Source: Thermoplasmata archaeon
GTDB lineage: Archaea > Thermoplasmatota > E2 > JACPAO01 > JAHFTW01
NCBI GenBank assembly: GCA_034667745.1
Contig: JAXDQP010000062.1
Span: 958-64,957, forward strand
DNA: 64,000 bases
Reading direction: 5' to 3'
In this document: positions 1-9,392 of the stretch, in pieces
Position numbering within the stretch: the stretch's first letter is position 1
Layout: every line of letters starts with the position of its first letter
Made by a program: the position numbers and the translations under genes
The notes under the pieces: generated by a model
Told to the model about the DNA's origin: nothing
What the model saw: the letters and a program-made list of their open reading frames with translations, nothing else
The model's database searches: none

Positions 1-1008
1 GCGCCCGTCCTCGCGGGTGAGGATTTGGATGGGGTTGGCGAGCATGAGGAACTTGATGTTCTCGTCGCGCGCCTGCACCACCTCCTCGGGGCTCGCCGTC
101 ATCTCGCGGCGGCCGCGGCGGTAGACGATATGGACCGACTTGGCCCCGAGGCGGATGGCGTTGCGGGCGACGTCCATCGCGGTGGAGCCGCCGCCGATGA
201 TGACGATGCGCTGCCCCGTGAGGTCGTCCTTCTGGCCAAGCTCCAGGCGGCGCAGCCAGTCGACGGCGTGCGTGACGCCCTTGCTGCGCTCGCCGGGGAC
301 GCGGATCTCCTTGGGGCTGTGGCAGCCGACGCCGAGGAACACGAGGTCGTGCGCCTTCTCCAGCTCGTCCAGGGTGTGGCCCTCGCCGAGGCGCCAGTTG
401 GTGGCGAACTGCACGCCCCACTCGCGCAGCTTCTCCAGCTCGCGCTCCACCACGTCGCGGGGGAGGCGGTACTCGGGGATGCCGACGGTGAGCATGCCGC
501 CCAGCTTGGGCAGCGCCTCGTAGACGGTGACGGCGTGGCCGAGGCGCGCGAGGTCGTAGGCGACCTGGAGGCCGGCGGGGCCGGAGCCGACGACGCCGAC
601 GCTCCTGCCGGTCGGCGGCGGGCGCTCGATGGCGGGCCACTGGCCGTAGTCGAAGGCGGCGCGCTTGAGGGTGCAGATGGCGATGGGCTCGCCCTTGAAG
701 CCGACGACGCAGGAGTCCTCGCACGGGTGGAAGCAGGTGCGGCCCAGCGTGCCCGGCAGCGGGTAGGTCTCCAGCGCGATGGCGAGCGACTTGTCGAAGT
801 CCGCGTTCGCGATGGCCTGGATGTACTCTGGCGCCCGCGTTAGGGCGGGGCAGGCGTAGGTGCACGGCTTGGTCTTGCAGTCGATGCAGCGCATCGCCTC
901 CGCGATGGCCAGCTTGCGCGTGTAGCCCAGGACGGCCTCGTCGTAGGTCTTGACGCGCACCGCCGGCTGCAACTCGGGAATCTTGACCCGCTCGAGAGAG
1001 ACCGCCAT
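1..1008 (-). CDS. NADPH-dependent glutamate synthase small-subunit-like (GltD/SudA family) oxidoreductase; C-terminus cut by window start
   Basis: Manual minus-strand translation from ATG at 1008 gives MAVSLERVKIPELQ..CIDCKTKPC..CP (Fe-S Cys motifs) followed by GSGPAGL Rossmann motif; continuous ORF to position 1. Not in ORF track because no stop inside window. Confidence 0.65.
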   Translation of the reverse strand, partial: MAVSLERVKIPELQPAVRVKTYDEAVLGYTRKLAIAEAMRCIDCKTKPCTYACPALTRAPEYIQAIANADFDKSLAIALETYPLPGTLGRTCFHPCEDSCVVGFKGEPIAICTLKRAAFDYGQWPAIERPPPTGRSVGVVGSGPAGLQVAYDLARLGHAVTVYEALPKLGGMLTVGIPEYRLPRDVVERELEKLREWGVQFATNWRLGEGHTLDELEKAHDLVFLGVGCHSPKEIRVPGERSKGVTHAVDWLRRLELGQKDDLTGQRIVIIGGGSTAMDVARNAIRLGAKSVHIVYRRGRREMTASPEEVVQARDENIKFLMLANPIQILTREDGR

Positions 1009-1082
1009 GCTTCCTGAGTCCAGTGGACGGCTCGCGCGATATGAGGGTGTCGTCTGGAGAGGCATCAGACGGGAGAAGGAGC

Positions 1083-1281
1083 GGAGGCCTGGGATTTCGG
1101 CGATTGAGGGGATTTGGGGAGCGTGGCGCCCACTCGCTCCACATGCAGGGATGGTTCGCCAAAGTTCAAGAGCAGGCCCGTTGGCCGCTGGGTGGCCCGC
1201 AGGTAGTGGGCGAGTTGGCTTTGACTGCGTGGTGGGTGAACGTTCCCCGAAATCTGGAAATCGCCGAAATCCCAGGCCTCC
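1083..1281. repeat. MITE-like palindromic element, type A (copy A1, ~199 bp), 23-bp terminal inverted repeats GGAGGCCTGGGATTTCGGCGATT / AATCGCCGAAATCCCAGGCCTCC
   Basis: Exact inverted repeats read at 1083-1105 and 1259-1281; related copies at 8625-8702 and 24059-24145; intergenic. Confidence 0.8.
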
Positions 1282-1285
1282 CACA

Positions 1286-1789
1286 CTAGCCAGAGAGGCC
1301 CAACTCCCACTCCTGCTCGTGCGCCCAGGGTGCCCACGGGCAGGGCTCCGGCGACTCTTCCACGAGCCGGAAGCCTGCGCGTTCGTACATCTTGCGCGCC
1401 TCCACCAAATCGCTGACGGTGTGCAGGTGGACGCCCTGGTAGCCGGCCTGCCGCGCGAAGGCCAGGGACGCGTCGAACAGCCTCCGGCCCAGGCCGGTGC
1501 CGCGTGCCCGCCTCTCGACGAGGAACCACCGGAGCTTGGCCCACCCGGGCCGGTCGGCGTCGTGGTGGATGGCGACGAAGCCCGTGATGCCCTCCGGGTC
1601 CTCGGCGACCCAGGTGCGGTCCTTGGCGGGGTCGAGGCCGTGCAGGAAGGGCGGGATGGTCTCGGCGACGTACTTGCCGAAGACGGGGCCGTAGCCGAAC
1701 TCCTCCGCATACACGGTGACCTTGCGGGTGCGCACCCACTCCATGTCGGCGGGGGTGCCGGGACGGATGCGCGCCTCGGCGGGTGTCAT
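1286..1789 (-). CDS. GNAT family N-acetyltransferase
   Basis: 167 aa; acetyl-CoA binding-like motif RRARGTGLGRRL, typical GNAT length and pattern. Confidence 0.75.
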   Translation of the reverse strand: MTPAEARIRPGTPADMEWVRTRKVTVYAEEFGYGPVFGKYVAETIPPFLHGLDPAKDRTWVAEDPEGITGFVAIHHDADRPGWAKLRWFLVERRARGTGLGRRLFDASLAFARQAGYQGVHLHTVSDLVEARKMYERAGFRLVEESPEPCPWAPWAHEQEWELGLSG

Positions 1790-1995
1790 GCCTGGACGCG
1801 GAGGGCCCGCTCCAGGCGGCGGCGCATCTTGTCGTGGCGGCGGACGGAGCCCTTGGCCTGCGCCAGCGCGCGGCTGCGCTCCTTCGAGTCGTGATGGGTG
1901 AGGAGCTTCTTCTGGTGCTCCTCCAGGCGGCGCAGCAGCTCCTGCTCCTCGGCCAGCAGTTGGCGCAGGTGCGCGTTCATCGCTTCGGGGTCCAT
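1786..1995 (-). CDS. small coiled-coil protein (DUF465/YdcH-like guess)
   Basis: Internal ATG at 1995 gives 69 aa MDPEAMNAHLRQLLAEEQELLRRLEEHQKK..; ATGA overlap with GNAT gene; longer ORF to 2118 possible. Confidence 0.4.
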   Translation of the reverse strand: MDPEAMNAHLRQLLAEEQELLRRLEEHQKKLLTHHDSKERSRALAQAKGSVRRHDKMRRRLERALRVQA

Positions 1996-2042
1996 GCCGG
2001 CGGCAAGGCCGCCTCGCTCATAACCAAGTCGGGGGCAAGGAT

Positions 2043-2446
2043 TCATCGCTTGCGCTGCGCGGCCATGCGCCCGGCCTTGAGACGCTGGTATGCGGGGTCG
2101 GCGCGCACCTTGTCCCACGCCGCCTTGAACGCCTCGGCGCTCGCCTGCTTCTGCGCGTCGGGGTCAAGCGGAAGCTCGCTCCCGTCCGCCGCCTTCTTGC
2201 GGCCGCTGCGGTGGCGCGCGTAGCGGCGGCTGCGGGTGTAGCCCATTTGTAGGAACTTGCGGCACATGTCCATCCCCGCGAAGTCCCCTTCCTTGCGATA
2301 GGCGCGGTAGCGGGCGAGGATTGCCTTGGCGCTGCGCTTGGCGATGGCTGGCGTGCGGAAGCGCCACAGTGGCAGGATGGCTTGCGTGTACGGGGGCGTG
2401 CTGAGGACGCCTTCCTCCCCGCGGCCGATGCGGTAGGCGCGCATCA
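2043..2446 (-). CDS. hypothetical basic protein (possibly DUF3253-like)
   Basis: 133 aa starting [12 protein letters not shown]; its ATG overlaps the hutU stop codon by 1 nt (TGATG), implying translational coupling; motif MCRKFLQMGYTRSRRYARHRSGRK. Confidence 0.5.
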
Positions 2447-4156
2447 CATCAGCGGCGTGCGGACCTTCTCCCTCTTCGCGACGGCCTTGGCCTTGGCGTA
2501 CCCCGCGTCGGCGTGGCGGACGATGCCCATGCCGGGGTCGGCGCGGAAGACGCGCTTGGCCTTCTCGCGCGCGAGCTTGGTGCCGTCGAGGACGACGACG
2601 ACGCCGGCGTGGGTGCTGTAGCCGATGCCGACGCCGCCGCCGTTGTGGATGTGGACCGAGTCCGCGCCCGCCGCGACGTTGAGCATGGCGTTGAGCAGCG
2701 GCCAGTCCGCGATGGCGTCGCTGCCGTCCAGCATGCCCTCGGTCTCGCGGTAGGGGCTCGCCACGCTGCCGCAGTCGAGGTGGTCGCGCGTCACGGCGAT
2801 GGGGCCAATCTCGCCCTTGCGCACGAGGTCGTTCATGGCGAGGGCGAAGCGGTCGCGCTCGCCCATGCCGAGCCAGCAGACGCGCGCCGCGAGGCCCTCC
2901 CACGGCAGGTGCTTCCCGGCGAGGTCGAGCCAGTTGTTGAGGGTGCGGTTCCTGGGGAACATCTCGCGCACGAGCTGCTCGGTGCGGCGGATGTCTTCGG
3001 GCCGGTTCTGCAGGCTGAGCCAGCGGAAGGGGCCGCGGCCCTCGCAGAACATGGGGCGGATGTAGGCTGGGACGAAGCCCGGGAAGCTGAACGCCGTGTC
3101 GCGGGCCAGGCCCCCGAGCCGCGCTCCCTCGCGGATGTTGTTGCCGTAGTCGAACACGTGGCTGCCGGCGCGGGCGAAGCCGACCATGGCCTCCACGTGG
3201 CGGGCCATCGACTCCTGCGCGAGCCTCGTGTGCTTGGCGGGGTCCTTCTGCCGCAGCGCAGCCGACGCCGCGACGGTGAGGCCGGCGGGGACGTAGCGCA
3301 GGGGGTCGTGCGCGCTCGTCTGGTCGGTCACGAGGTCCGGCTTGAACCCGGCCGCGAGCAGCGCGGGGAACGCCTCGGCCGCGTTGGCGAGGAGACCGAC
3401 CGAAAGGGGCTGCTTCGCGGCGGCGGCCTTCTCCACGAGGTCGAGCGCGAGGTCGAGGTCCTCCACGACCATGCCGAGGAAGCCGGACTCCAGGCGGCGC
3501 TGGGCGCGGGCCGGGTCCACCTCGACGCAGAGGGCGACGCCGCCGTTCATCGTGACGGCCAAGGGCTGCGCGCCCCCCATGCCGCCCAGCCCACCCGTCA
3601 GCACGGTGCGGCCGCGCAGGTCGGACTTGAAGTGGGTGCGCGCGGCGGCCGCGAACGTCTCGTAGGTCCCCTGGATGATGCCCTGCGTCCCGATGTAGCA
3701 CCAGGAGCCGGCCGTCATCTGGCCGTACATCGTGAGCCCCTCCGCCTCCAGCTTGTTGAACTCCGTCCAGTTGCTCCAGTGCGGCACGAGGTGGCTGTTG
3801 GCGATGAGGACGCGCGGCGCCTGCTCCCAGGTCGGGAAGATGGCGACCGGCTTGCCCGACTGGATGAGCAGCGTCTCGTCGTCGCCGAGCCCCGCGAGCG
3901 CCTTCTTGATGGCGGCGAGCGCCTTGGGGTTGCGCGCCGCCTTCCCGGTGCCGCCGTAGACGATGAGCTTGTCCGGCTCCTCCGCGTTGTGCAGGTTGTT
4001 CTCCAGCATCCGCAGGATGGCCTCGGTGCGCCACGACTTGCAGCGCAGCGGCGTGCGGGGGCCGGCCACGGCGGGGCGGGAGGTCGTCTTGGCGGGGCTC
4101 TTGGCGCCGGGCACGCGGTGGGGACCGGAGGCGGGCGCATAGCGGTTTCGTGCCAT
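2444..4156 (-). CDS. hutU: urocanate hydratase
   Basis: 570 aa; conserved urocanase blocks [10 protein letters not shown], DPx[15 protein letters not shown]; N-terminal start may be internal. Confidence 0.9.
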   Translation of the reverse strand: MARNRYAPASGPHRVPGAKSPAKTTSRPAVAGPRTPLRCKSWRTEAILRMLENNLHNAEEPDKLIVYGGTGKAARNPKALAAIKKALAGLGDDETLLIQSGKPVAIFPTWEQAPRVLIANSHLVPHWSNWTEFNKLEAEGLTMYGQMTAGSWCYIGTQGIIQGTYETFAAAARTHFKSDLRGRTVLTGGLGGMGGAQPLAVTMNGGVALCVEVDPARAQRRLESGFLGMVVEDLDLALDLVEKAAAAKQPLSVGLLANAAEAFPALLAAGFKPDLVTDQTSAHDPLRYVPAGLTVAASAALRQKDPAKHTRLAQESMARHVEAMVGFARAGSHVFDYGNNIREGARLGGLARDTAFSFPGFVPAYIRPMFCEGRGPFRWLSLQNRPEDIRRTEQLVREMFPRNRTLNNWLDLAGKHLPWEGLAARVCWLGMGERDRFALAMNDLVRKGEIGPIAVTRDHLDCGSVASPYRETEGMLDGSDAIADWPLLNAMLNVAAGADSVHIHNGGGVGIGYSTHAGVVVVLDGTKLAREKAKRVFRADPGMGIVRHADAGYAKAKAVAKREKVRTPLM

Positions 4157-4278
4157 TCCCGGCGTCGCCCCCGAGCGCGCTGGGCCACTTGTCCGATTTG
4201 GGACACGCGTGCCCGGCGTTGTTCCCCCGTCGCCACCACCCCTATATTGTCAGCCACGCAGTTCGGGTCCCGTCGTTC

Positions 4279-5259
4279 ATGGTGGACGTTGCCGTTGTCG
4301 GCGCCCGGGGCTACCTGGGCCGGGAATTGATGCGCTGGCTGCTCCTGCACCCCGAGGTCACCTCGGTCGCGCCCATCACGAGCGGCGCGCCGGGCACGCC
4401 CTACGGCGACTCCGTGCCCGCGTTCCGGCACCGCACCGACCTCGTCATGGCGGGGCCCGCCGCCGCGCAGGACGCCGACGTCGTGTTCCTGGCCACCGAC
4501 GGCGAGGAGGCGCGCCACCACGCCGCCAGCCTCGCCGACGCCCCGCTCCTCGTCGACCTCAGCCGCGCCCACCGCGCCCAGGCCCTCGACGGCCGGGACG
4601 GCTGGACCTACGGCCTGAGCGAGTTCCTGCCGGTCCCCAAGGGCAGCCGCCGCATCGCCAACCCCGGCTGCTACCCCACCGCGACCCTGATTGCCGCCGG
4701 CCCCGCACTGAAGGCGGGCCTCTGCGAGCCCGGCCCTCTCATCAGCGACGGCAAGAGCGGCGTCTCCGGCGCCGGCGCCACGCCGCGCGGCGACCTGCAC
4801 TACCCCGAGGCCCACGACGCCGTGCGCGCCTACAAGGTCCTCGGCCACGACCACCTGGGCGAGATCCGCGGCGCCGCGGCCCGCATCGAGGGCAAGCCTC
4901 TCGCCGCTGCCCGCCCCGTCCGCTTCACGCCCCACCTCGTGCCCATGAACCGCGGCCTCCTCGCCACCGTCTACCTGCCGGTCAGCGCCTCCGCCGAGTC
5001 CGTCAAGGCGACCTACGCGCAGCACTACGCCGGCAACCCGTTCGTGCGCACCGTCGCCGAGCCCGACACGACCCACGTGCGCGGCAGCAACTACGCCGAC
5101 GTCGCCGTCGATGTGGACCCCGCCAGCGGCCTGCTGGTGGCGCGCTGCGCCATCGACAACCTCGTCAAGGGCGGCAGCGGCGCCGCCATCCAGAACATGA
5201 ACCTCGCCCTCGGCCTCGCGCCCACGCTCGGCCTCGACCGCGTCGCGGGAGGGCCCTGA
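4279..5259 (+). CDS. argC: N-acetyl-gamma-glutamyl-phosphate reductase
   Basis: Start MVDVAVVGARGYLGREL (NAD-binding GxxGxxG), catalytic GCYPT motif; upstream in-frame extension from 4150 judged spurious. Confidence 0.85.
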   Translation: MVDVAVVGARGYLGRELMRWLLLHPEVTSVAPITSGAPGTPYGDSVPAFRHRTDLVMAGPAAAQDADVVFLATDGEEARHHAASLADAPLLVDLSRAHRAQALDGRDGWTYGLSEFLPVPKGSRRIANPGCYPTATLIAAGPALKAGLCEPGPLISDGKSGVSGAGATPRGDLHYPEAHDAVRAYKVLGHDHLGEIRGAAARIEGKPLAAARPVRFTPHLVPMNRGLLATVYLPVSASAESVKATYAQHYAGNPFVRTVAEPDTTHVRGSNYADVAVDVDPASGLLVARCAIDNLVKGGSGAAIQNMNLALGLAPTLGLDRVAGGP

Positions 5260-5323
5260 TGCTGGCCAGCCGCAGCGAAGGTGCGGGTGCGCCCCGCTCG
5301 GGCAGCGCCGCAGGCGGTGCCTG

Positions 5324-6658
5324 ATGCTCCTCGGCTGGCGCCGCACGGTCGCCAAGCTTCAAGGCGACGAGCCGGCATCCCCGGCCCCGTCCGTGCCCCC
5401 GCAACGCGTCGAGGCGACCGCCGTGCCGCAGACCTACACGCTCACCGTCGTGCCCGACCGGCACCTCAACCACGTGCCCGGCTTCCGCGCCCAGGGCGTG
5501 TGGGCGCAGATCAAGAAGAAGAGCAAGGACGTCTGCCTCATCGTCAGCGACCGCCCCTCCAAGGGCGCCGCCGTCTTCACGCAGAACGCCTTCTGCGCCG
5601 CCCCCGTCACCGTCAGCCGTGAGCACGTCGAGAACGGCGACATCCGCGCCATCGTCTGCAACGCCGGCAACGCCAACGCCGTCACCGGCGAGCAGGGCCT
5701 GGCGGACGCCCGTGCGATGGCCGCCCACGCCGCCAAGGCGCTCAACCTGTCGCCCGACCAGATGATTGTGTGCAGCACCGGCATCATCGGCCGCCCGCTC
5801 CCGCTCGACAAGGTCACGAAGGGCATCGACGAGTGCGCCCGCACCCTCTACCAGGCGCAGGGCGGCGAGGCGGCCGAGGCCATCACCACGACCGACAGCC
5901 ACCCCAAGCACGTCTTCGTCGAGGTCAGCGTCGGCGGCCGCCACTTCCACATCGCCGGCATCGCCAAGGGCGCCGGCATGATTCACCCCAACATGGCCAC
6001 GATGCTGTCGTTCCTCGTGACCGACGCGCCGTTCAACGCCACGCTGCTGCAGGCGCAGCTCAAGCAGGCGGCCGACGCGACGTTCAACATGATCACCATC
6101 GACGGCGACCAGAGCACGAACGACACCTGCGCCATCATCGCCAACGGCGCCGCCGGCGGCCCGAACCTGCGCAAGGGCACCGTCGAGGCGGACGCGTTCC
6201 AGGCCGGCCTCCAGCTCGCCTGCAAGACGCTCGCCAAGCACATCGCCGGCGACGGCGAGGGCGCGACGGCCCTTCTCGAGGTGCGCGTCGAGGGCGCCAA
6301 CACCCTCCAGGACGCCCGCCTCATCGCGCGCAGCGTCGCCAAAAGCAGCCTCGTCAAGTCGGCGCTGCACGGCAAGGACCCCAACTGGGGCCGCATCGTG
6401 GCCGCCGTGGGCGCCTGCGGCGCGACCGTGGACCCCGGCAAGGTGAGCGTCCGCTTCGAGTCGAGCAAGGGCAGCGTCCCCGTCATGGACGACGGCGAGC
6501 CCCTGGGCGGCGCGAGCCTGAAGGAGGCCAACGCGGTCCTGCAGGACCACGAGGTCCGCATCCTCGTCCAGCTCGGCCTCGGCCAGCACAGCGCCGAGGC
6601 GTGGGGCTGCGACCTCTCCGAGGAGTACGTCACGTTCAACAGCGCGTACACGACGTGA
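5324..6658 (+). CDS. argJ: bifunctional glutamate N-acetyltransferase / amino-acid acetyltransferase
   Basis: 444 aa; ArgJ autoproteolysis site region ATMLSF (ATML motif), family length. Confidence 0.9.
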   Translation: MLLGWRRTVAKLQGDEPASPAPSVPPQRVEATAVPQTYTLTVVPDRHLNHVPGFRAQGVWAQIKKKSKDVCLIVSDRPSKGAAVFTQNAFCAAPVTVSREHVENGDIRAIVCNAGNANAVTGEQGLADARAMAAHAAKALNLSPDQMIVCSTGIIGRPLPLDKVTKGIDECARTLYQAQGGEAAEAITTTDSHPKHVFVEVSVGGRHFHIAGIAKGAGMIHPNMATMLSFLVTDAPFNATLLQAQLKQAADATFNMITIDGDQSTNDTCAIIANGAAGGPNLRKGTVEADAFQAGLQLACKTLAKHIAGDGEGATALLEVRVEGANTLQDARLIARSVAKSSLVKSALHGKDPNWGRIVAAVGACGATVDPGKVSVRFESSKGSVPVMDDGEPLGGASLKEANAVLQDHEVRILVQLGLGQHSAEAWGCDLSEEYVTFNSAYTT

Positions 6659-6662
6659 CCCC

Positions 6663-7430
6663 ATGGCCCAGGTCGTCCTCAAGCTCGGCGGCGCCGTCGT
6701 CCTCGACGCGGAGCAGGTGCGCATGGTGGCGCGCGACATCGACGCGCTCCTCGACGAGGGCCACACCCTCGTGCTGGTGCACGGCGGCGGCCCGCAGCTC
6801 GACAAGGCCCTCGCGGCGGCGGGCGAGCCTGCGTCCAAGATCGACGGCCTCCGGGTCACGAGCAAGAGCGCCGCCGGCATCGTCCAGACGGTGATGGATA
6901 GCATCGGCGCCGACCTCGCGGACCTGCTGGAGGACGAGGGCATCCAGGCCGAGCACGTGAACTCCGGCGAGGAGCGCCTCGCGGCGGTGGCAAAGAAGAT
7001 TCCGAACGGCGACCTCGGCCGCGTCGGCACCGTCCAGAAGTTCTCGGCGCGCGACCTGCCGGACGGCATCCCGGTCATCACCCCCGTCGGCTTCGACGGC
7101 AAAGGCCCCCTGAACGTCAACGCCGACGAGGGAGCGTGCGCCGTCGCCGCCGCGCTCAAGGCGGACTGGCTCGTCCTGGGCACCGACGTCTCCGCCGTAC
7201 GCGACCACCTGGGCGCCAGCATCGAGGAGCTGACCCCCGCCAAGGCGCGCGAGCTGATTGCGTCCAGCGCGGCGACCGGCGGCATGATTCCCAAGCTCAC
7301 GAGCGCCATCGCCGCCCTCGACGCTGGCGTCGGCCGCGTCCTCATCACCCGCCTGCAGCCCGGCACCCTGGCCGGCGCCATCCTCGACGGCAAGTGCGAG
7401 GGAACCCTCCTGCGCGGAGACGCCGCATGA
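6663..7430 (+). CDS. argB: acetylglutamate kinase
   Basis: 255 aa; amino-acid kinase fold motifs LKLGGAV, VHGGGPQ. Confidence 0.9.
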   Translation: MAQVVLKLGGAVVLDAEQVRMVARDIDALLDEGHTLVLVHGGGPQLDKALAAAGEPASKIDGLRVTSKSAAGIVQTVMDSIGADLADLLEDEGIQAEHVNSGEERLAAVAKKIPNGDLGRVGTVQKFSARDLPDGIPVITPVGFDGKGPLNVNADEGACAVAAALKADWLVLGTDVSAVRDHLGASIEELTPAKARELIASSAATGGMIPKLTSAIAALDAGVGRVLITRLQPGTLAGAILDGKCEGTLLRGDAA

Positions 7431-8623
7431 CCTACAGCCCCGCCCGCTGGGAGGCCGCCATGGCCCCCAACTACCCGACGCCCGCCCTCCAGCTCGTGAG
7501 CGGCAAGGGAGCGAAGGTCACCGACAGCGAGGGCCGCACCTACACGGACCTGCTGGCGGGCATCGCGGTCAGCAGCCTCGGCCACGCCCACCCCGCCCTC
7601 GTCCGCGCCGTCACCACGCAGGTCGGCCTCATCGCGCACACGAGCAACCTCTACGCCAACGCGCCCAGCCTGCGCCTCGCGGAGCGGTTGCAGGAGCGCA
7701 CGCGCGGCTTCTCGGCCGGCCACAAGGTCATCTTCCAGAACTCGGGCACGGAGGCCAACGAGGCCGCGCTGAAGCTCGTGCGCCGCCACGCCCACGCCCA
7801 AGGCATGCCGGACGCCGTGGTGCTGTCGTTCCAGAACTCCTTCCACGGCCGCACGGCCGGAGCCGTCCGCCTCACCGGGCAGGCGCACTATCAGGAAGGC
7901 TTCACGCCGCTGCCGGAGCAGATTGTCCACGTTCCCTTCAACGACGCGGCCGCGCTGGAGCAGGCGTTCGCGCGGCACCGCGTCTCCGGCGTCTTCTTCG
8001 AGGCCGTCCAGGGCGAGGGCGGCGTCCTCCCGCTCACGGCGGACGCGGCGCGCACGATGCAGAGGCTCTGCACGGACAACAACGCGCTCCTCGTCGCGGA
8101 CGAAATCCAGACCGGCGTCGGCCGCACGGGCAAGTTCTTCGGCTTCGAGCACGACGGCCTCGCCCCCGACGCCATCACCCTCGCCAAGGGGTTGGGCGGC
8201 GGCCTGCCGATTGGCGCCATCCTCATCCGCCCCGACCGCGCCGCCCTCCTGCCGGCCGGCACCCACGGCACCACGTTCGGCGGCAACCCCGTGGCCTGCG
8301 CCGCCGGCAACGCCGTCCTGGACGTCGTGGAGTCGGAGAACCTGGTCGGCCGCGCGACGGCGCTGGGGCGCACGTTCCAGTCCGCGCTGGCTGAGTCCGG
8401 CGTGCAGAGCCGTGGCCGTGGCCTCCTGCTGGGGCTGCCGCTTGCCGGCCCGACCGCGCCGGACGCTGTGAAGACGATGCGCGAGGCAGGCTACCTCGTC
8501 GGCCAGGCGGGGAAGTCGGTGGTCCGCATCGCGCCGCCGCTCATCATCCCCGAGGCGGACCTGCTGGGCGCCGTGCCTCACCTTGCCAAGGCGGTTCAGT
8601 CAGTCCCTGCGCCGGCCCAGTAA
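7427..8623 (+). CDS. argD: acetylornithine aminotransferase (class III PLP aminotransferase)
   Basis: ATG at 7427 overlaps argB stop (ATGA); PLP-lysine context DEIQTGVGRTGK; 398 aa. Confidence 0.9.
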   Translation: MTYSPARWEAAMAPNYPTPALQLVSGKGAKVTDSEGRTYTDLLAGIAVSSLGHAHPALVRAVTTQVGLIAHTSNLYANAPSLRLAERLQERTRGFSAGHKVIFQNSGTEANEAALKLVRRHAHAQGMPDAVVLSFQNSFHGRTAGAVRLTGQAHYQEGFTPLPEQIVHVPFNDAAALEQAFARHRVSGVFFEAVQGEGGVLPLTADAARTMQRLCTDNNALLVADEIQTGVGRTGKFFGFEHDGLAPDAITLAKGLGGGLPIGAILIRPDRAALLPAGTHGTTFGGNPVACAAGNAVLDVVESENLVGRATALGRTFQSALAESGVQSRGRGLLLGLPLAGPTAPDAVKTMREAGYLVGQAGKSVVRIAPPLIIPEADLLGAVPHLAKAVQSVPAPAQ

Positions 8624-8624
8624 G

Positions 8625-8702
8625 GGAGGCCTGGGATTTCGGCGATTTGGGGAGGTGTGGGGGATTCCTAAAATCTGGGAATCGCTGGAATCCCAGGCCT
8701 CC
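8625..8702. repeat. MITE-like palindromic element, type A (copy A2, 78 bp)
   Basis: Left arm GGAGGCCTGGGATTTCGGCGATT 8625-8647; right arm AATCGCTGGAATCCCAGGCCTCC 8680-8702; between convergent argD and regulator gene ends. Confidence 0.8.
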
Positions 8703-8712
8703 CACACTCGCC

Positions 8713-9378
8713 TTAACCGGTCTTGATGAGCCCGTTGAGGACCTCGAACGCCGGAAACAAATCGGCCTCGTCGATGAGGAAGATGTTGTCCTTGTAGCAG
8801 GAGACGACCTCGTTGAAGTTGATGCCCTTGCCCGCGAGGCTGCTGGCGAGGAACGCGAGGATGCCGGGAACGTCCTCGATGGAGTCCGGACTGCGGATGT
8901 TCAGTTCCACGAGCCCCTTGCGCGTCTTGAACGCCTCGTCGGCCATGATGGCCTCCATCTCTCCCAGGAGCGCCTCGTCGGTGATGATGGTGATGGACTC
9001 GCTGCCGTGCAGGACGTGGATGGGGTGGCTGCGGCCCTGGATGGCGGCGAGCGCCTTCTCCAGGCGCGCGAACGTCTTCCAGTTCGGGTGCGCCGTCAGC
9101 GTGGCGACCTTGGTGCGGACCTCCAGCTTCGACTTGTCCAGCACGCGCCGGATGGCGGCCTGGTAGTCGGGGCCCGCGGTCTGCGGCTTGTAGCGTCGGC
9201 ACGCCACCAGGACCGCCTCCTCGGAGCCGAGGCCGGTCTCGTCCTGGATGCGCCGCGTCAGCGCGCTCAGGTTGACGATGCCGAGGCTGAGGGCGTCGCG
9301 GACGACGGGGCGGGCGTCGATGTAGGCGCGCACCGACTGGGCGACGCTCCGGGTCTCCGGGCGCTTGCGCTTGGGCAC
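8713..9378 (-). CDS. putative transcriptional regulator, N-terminal wHTH plus C-terminal ACT-like ligand-binding domain
   Basis: 221 aa; N-terminal helix-turn-helix-like segment, C-terminal GILAFLASSLAGKGINFNEVV ACT-like pattern; embedded in arg cluster. Confidence 0.5.
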   Translation of the reverse strand: MPKRKRPETRSVAQSVRAYIDARPVVRDALSLGIVNLSALTRRIQDETGLGSEEAVLVACRRYKPQTAGPDYQAAIRRVLDKSKLEVRTKVATLTAHPNWKTFARLEKALAAIQGRSHPIHVLHGSESITIITDEALLGEMEAIMADEAFKTRKGLVELNIRSPDSIEDVPGILAFLASSLAGKGINFNEVVSCYKDNIFLIDEADLFPAFEVLNGLIKTG

Positions 9379-9392
9379 CGGTCCGGGAGCGG

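Noticed and set aside
25-843. 272-aa plus-strand ORF
   Set aside because: Antisense to the real minus-strand GltD-like gene; Ala/Gly/Arg/Asp-rich composition typical of spurious GC-driven frames.
2513-4330. 605-aa plus-strand ORF over hutU
   Set aside because: Antisense shadow ORF of hutU; no motifs, low-complexity GC-frame composition.
5165-8581. 1138-aa minus-strand ORF spanning argJ-argB-argD
   Set aside because: Giant antisense ORF in high-GC DNA with Arg/Gly/Ala-rich junk translation; the plus-strand arg genes have clear family motifs.
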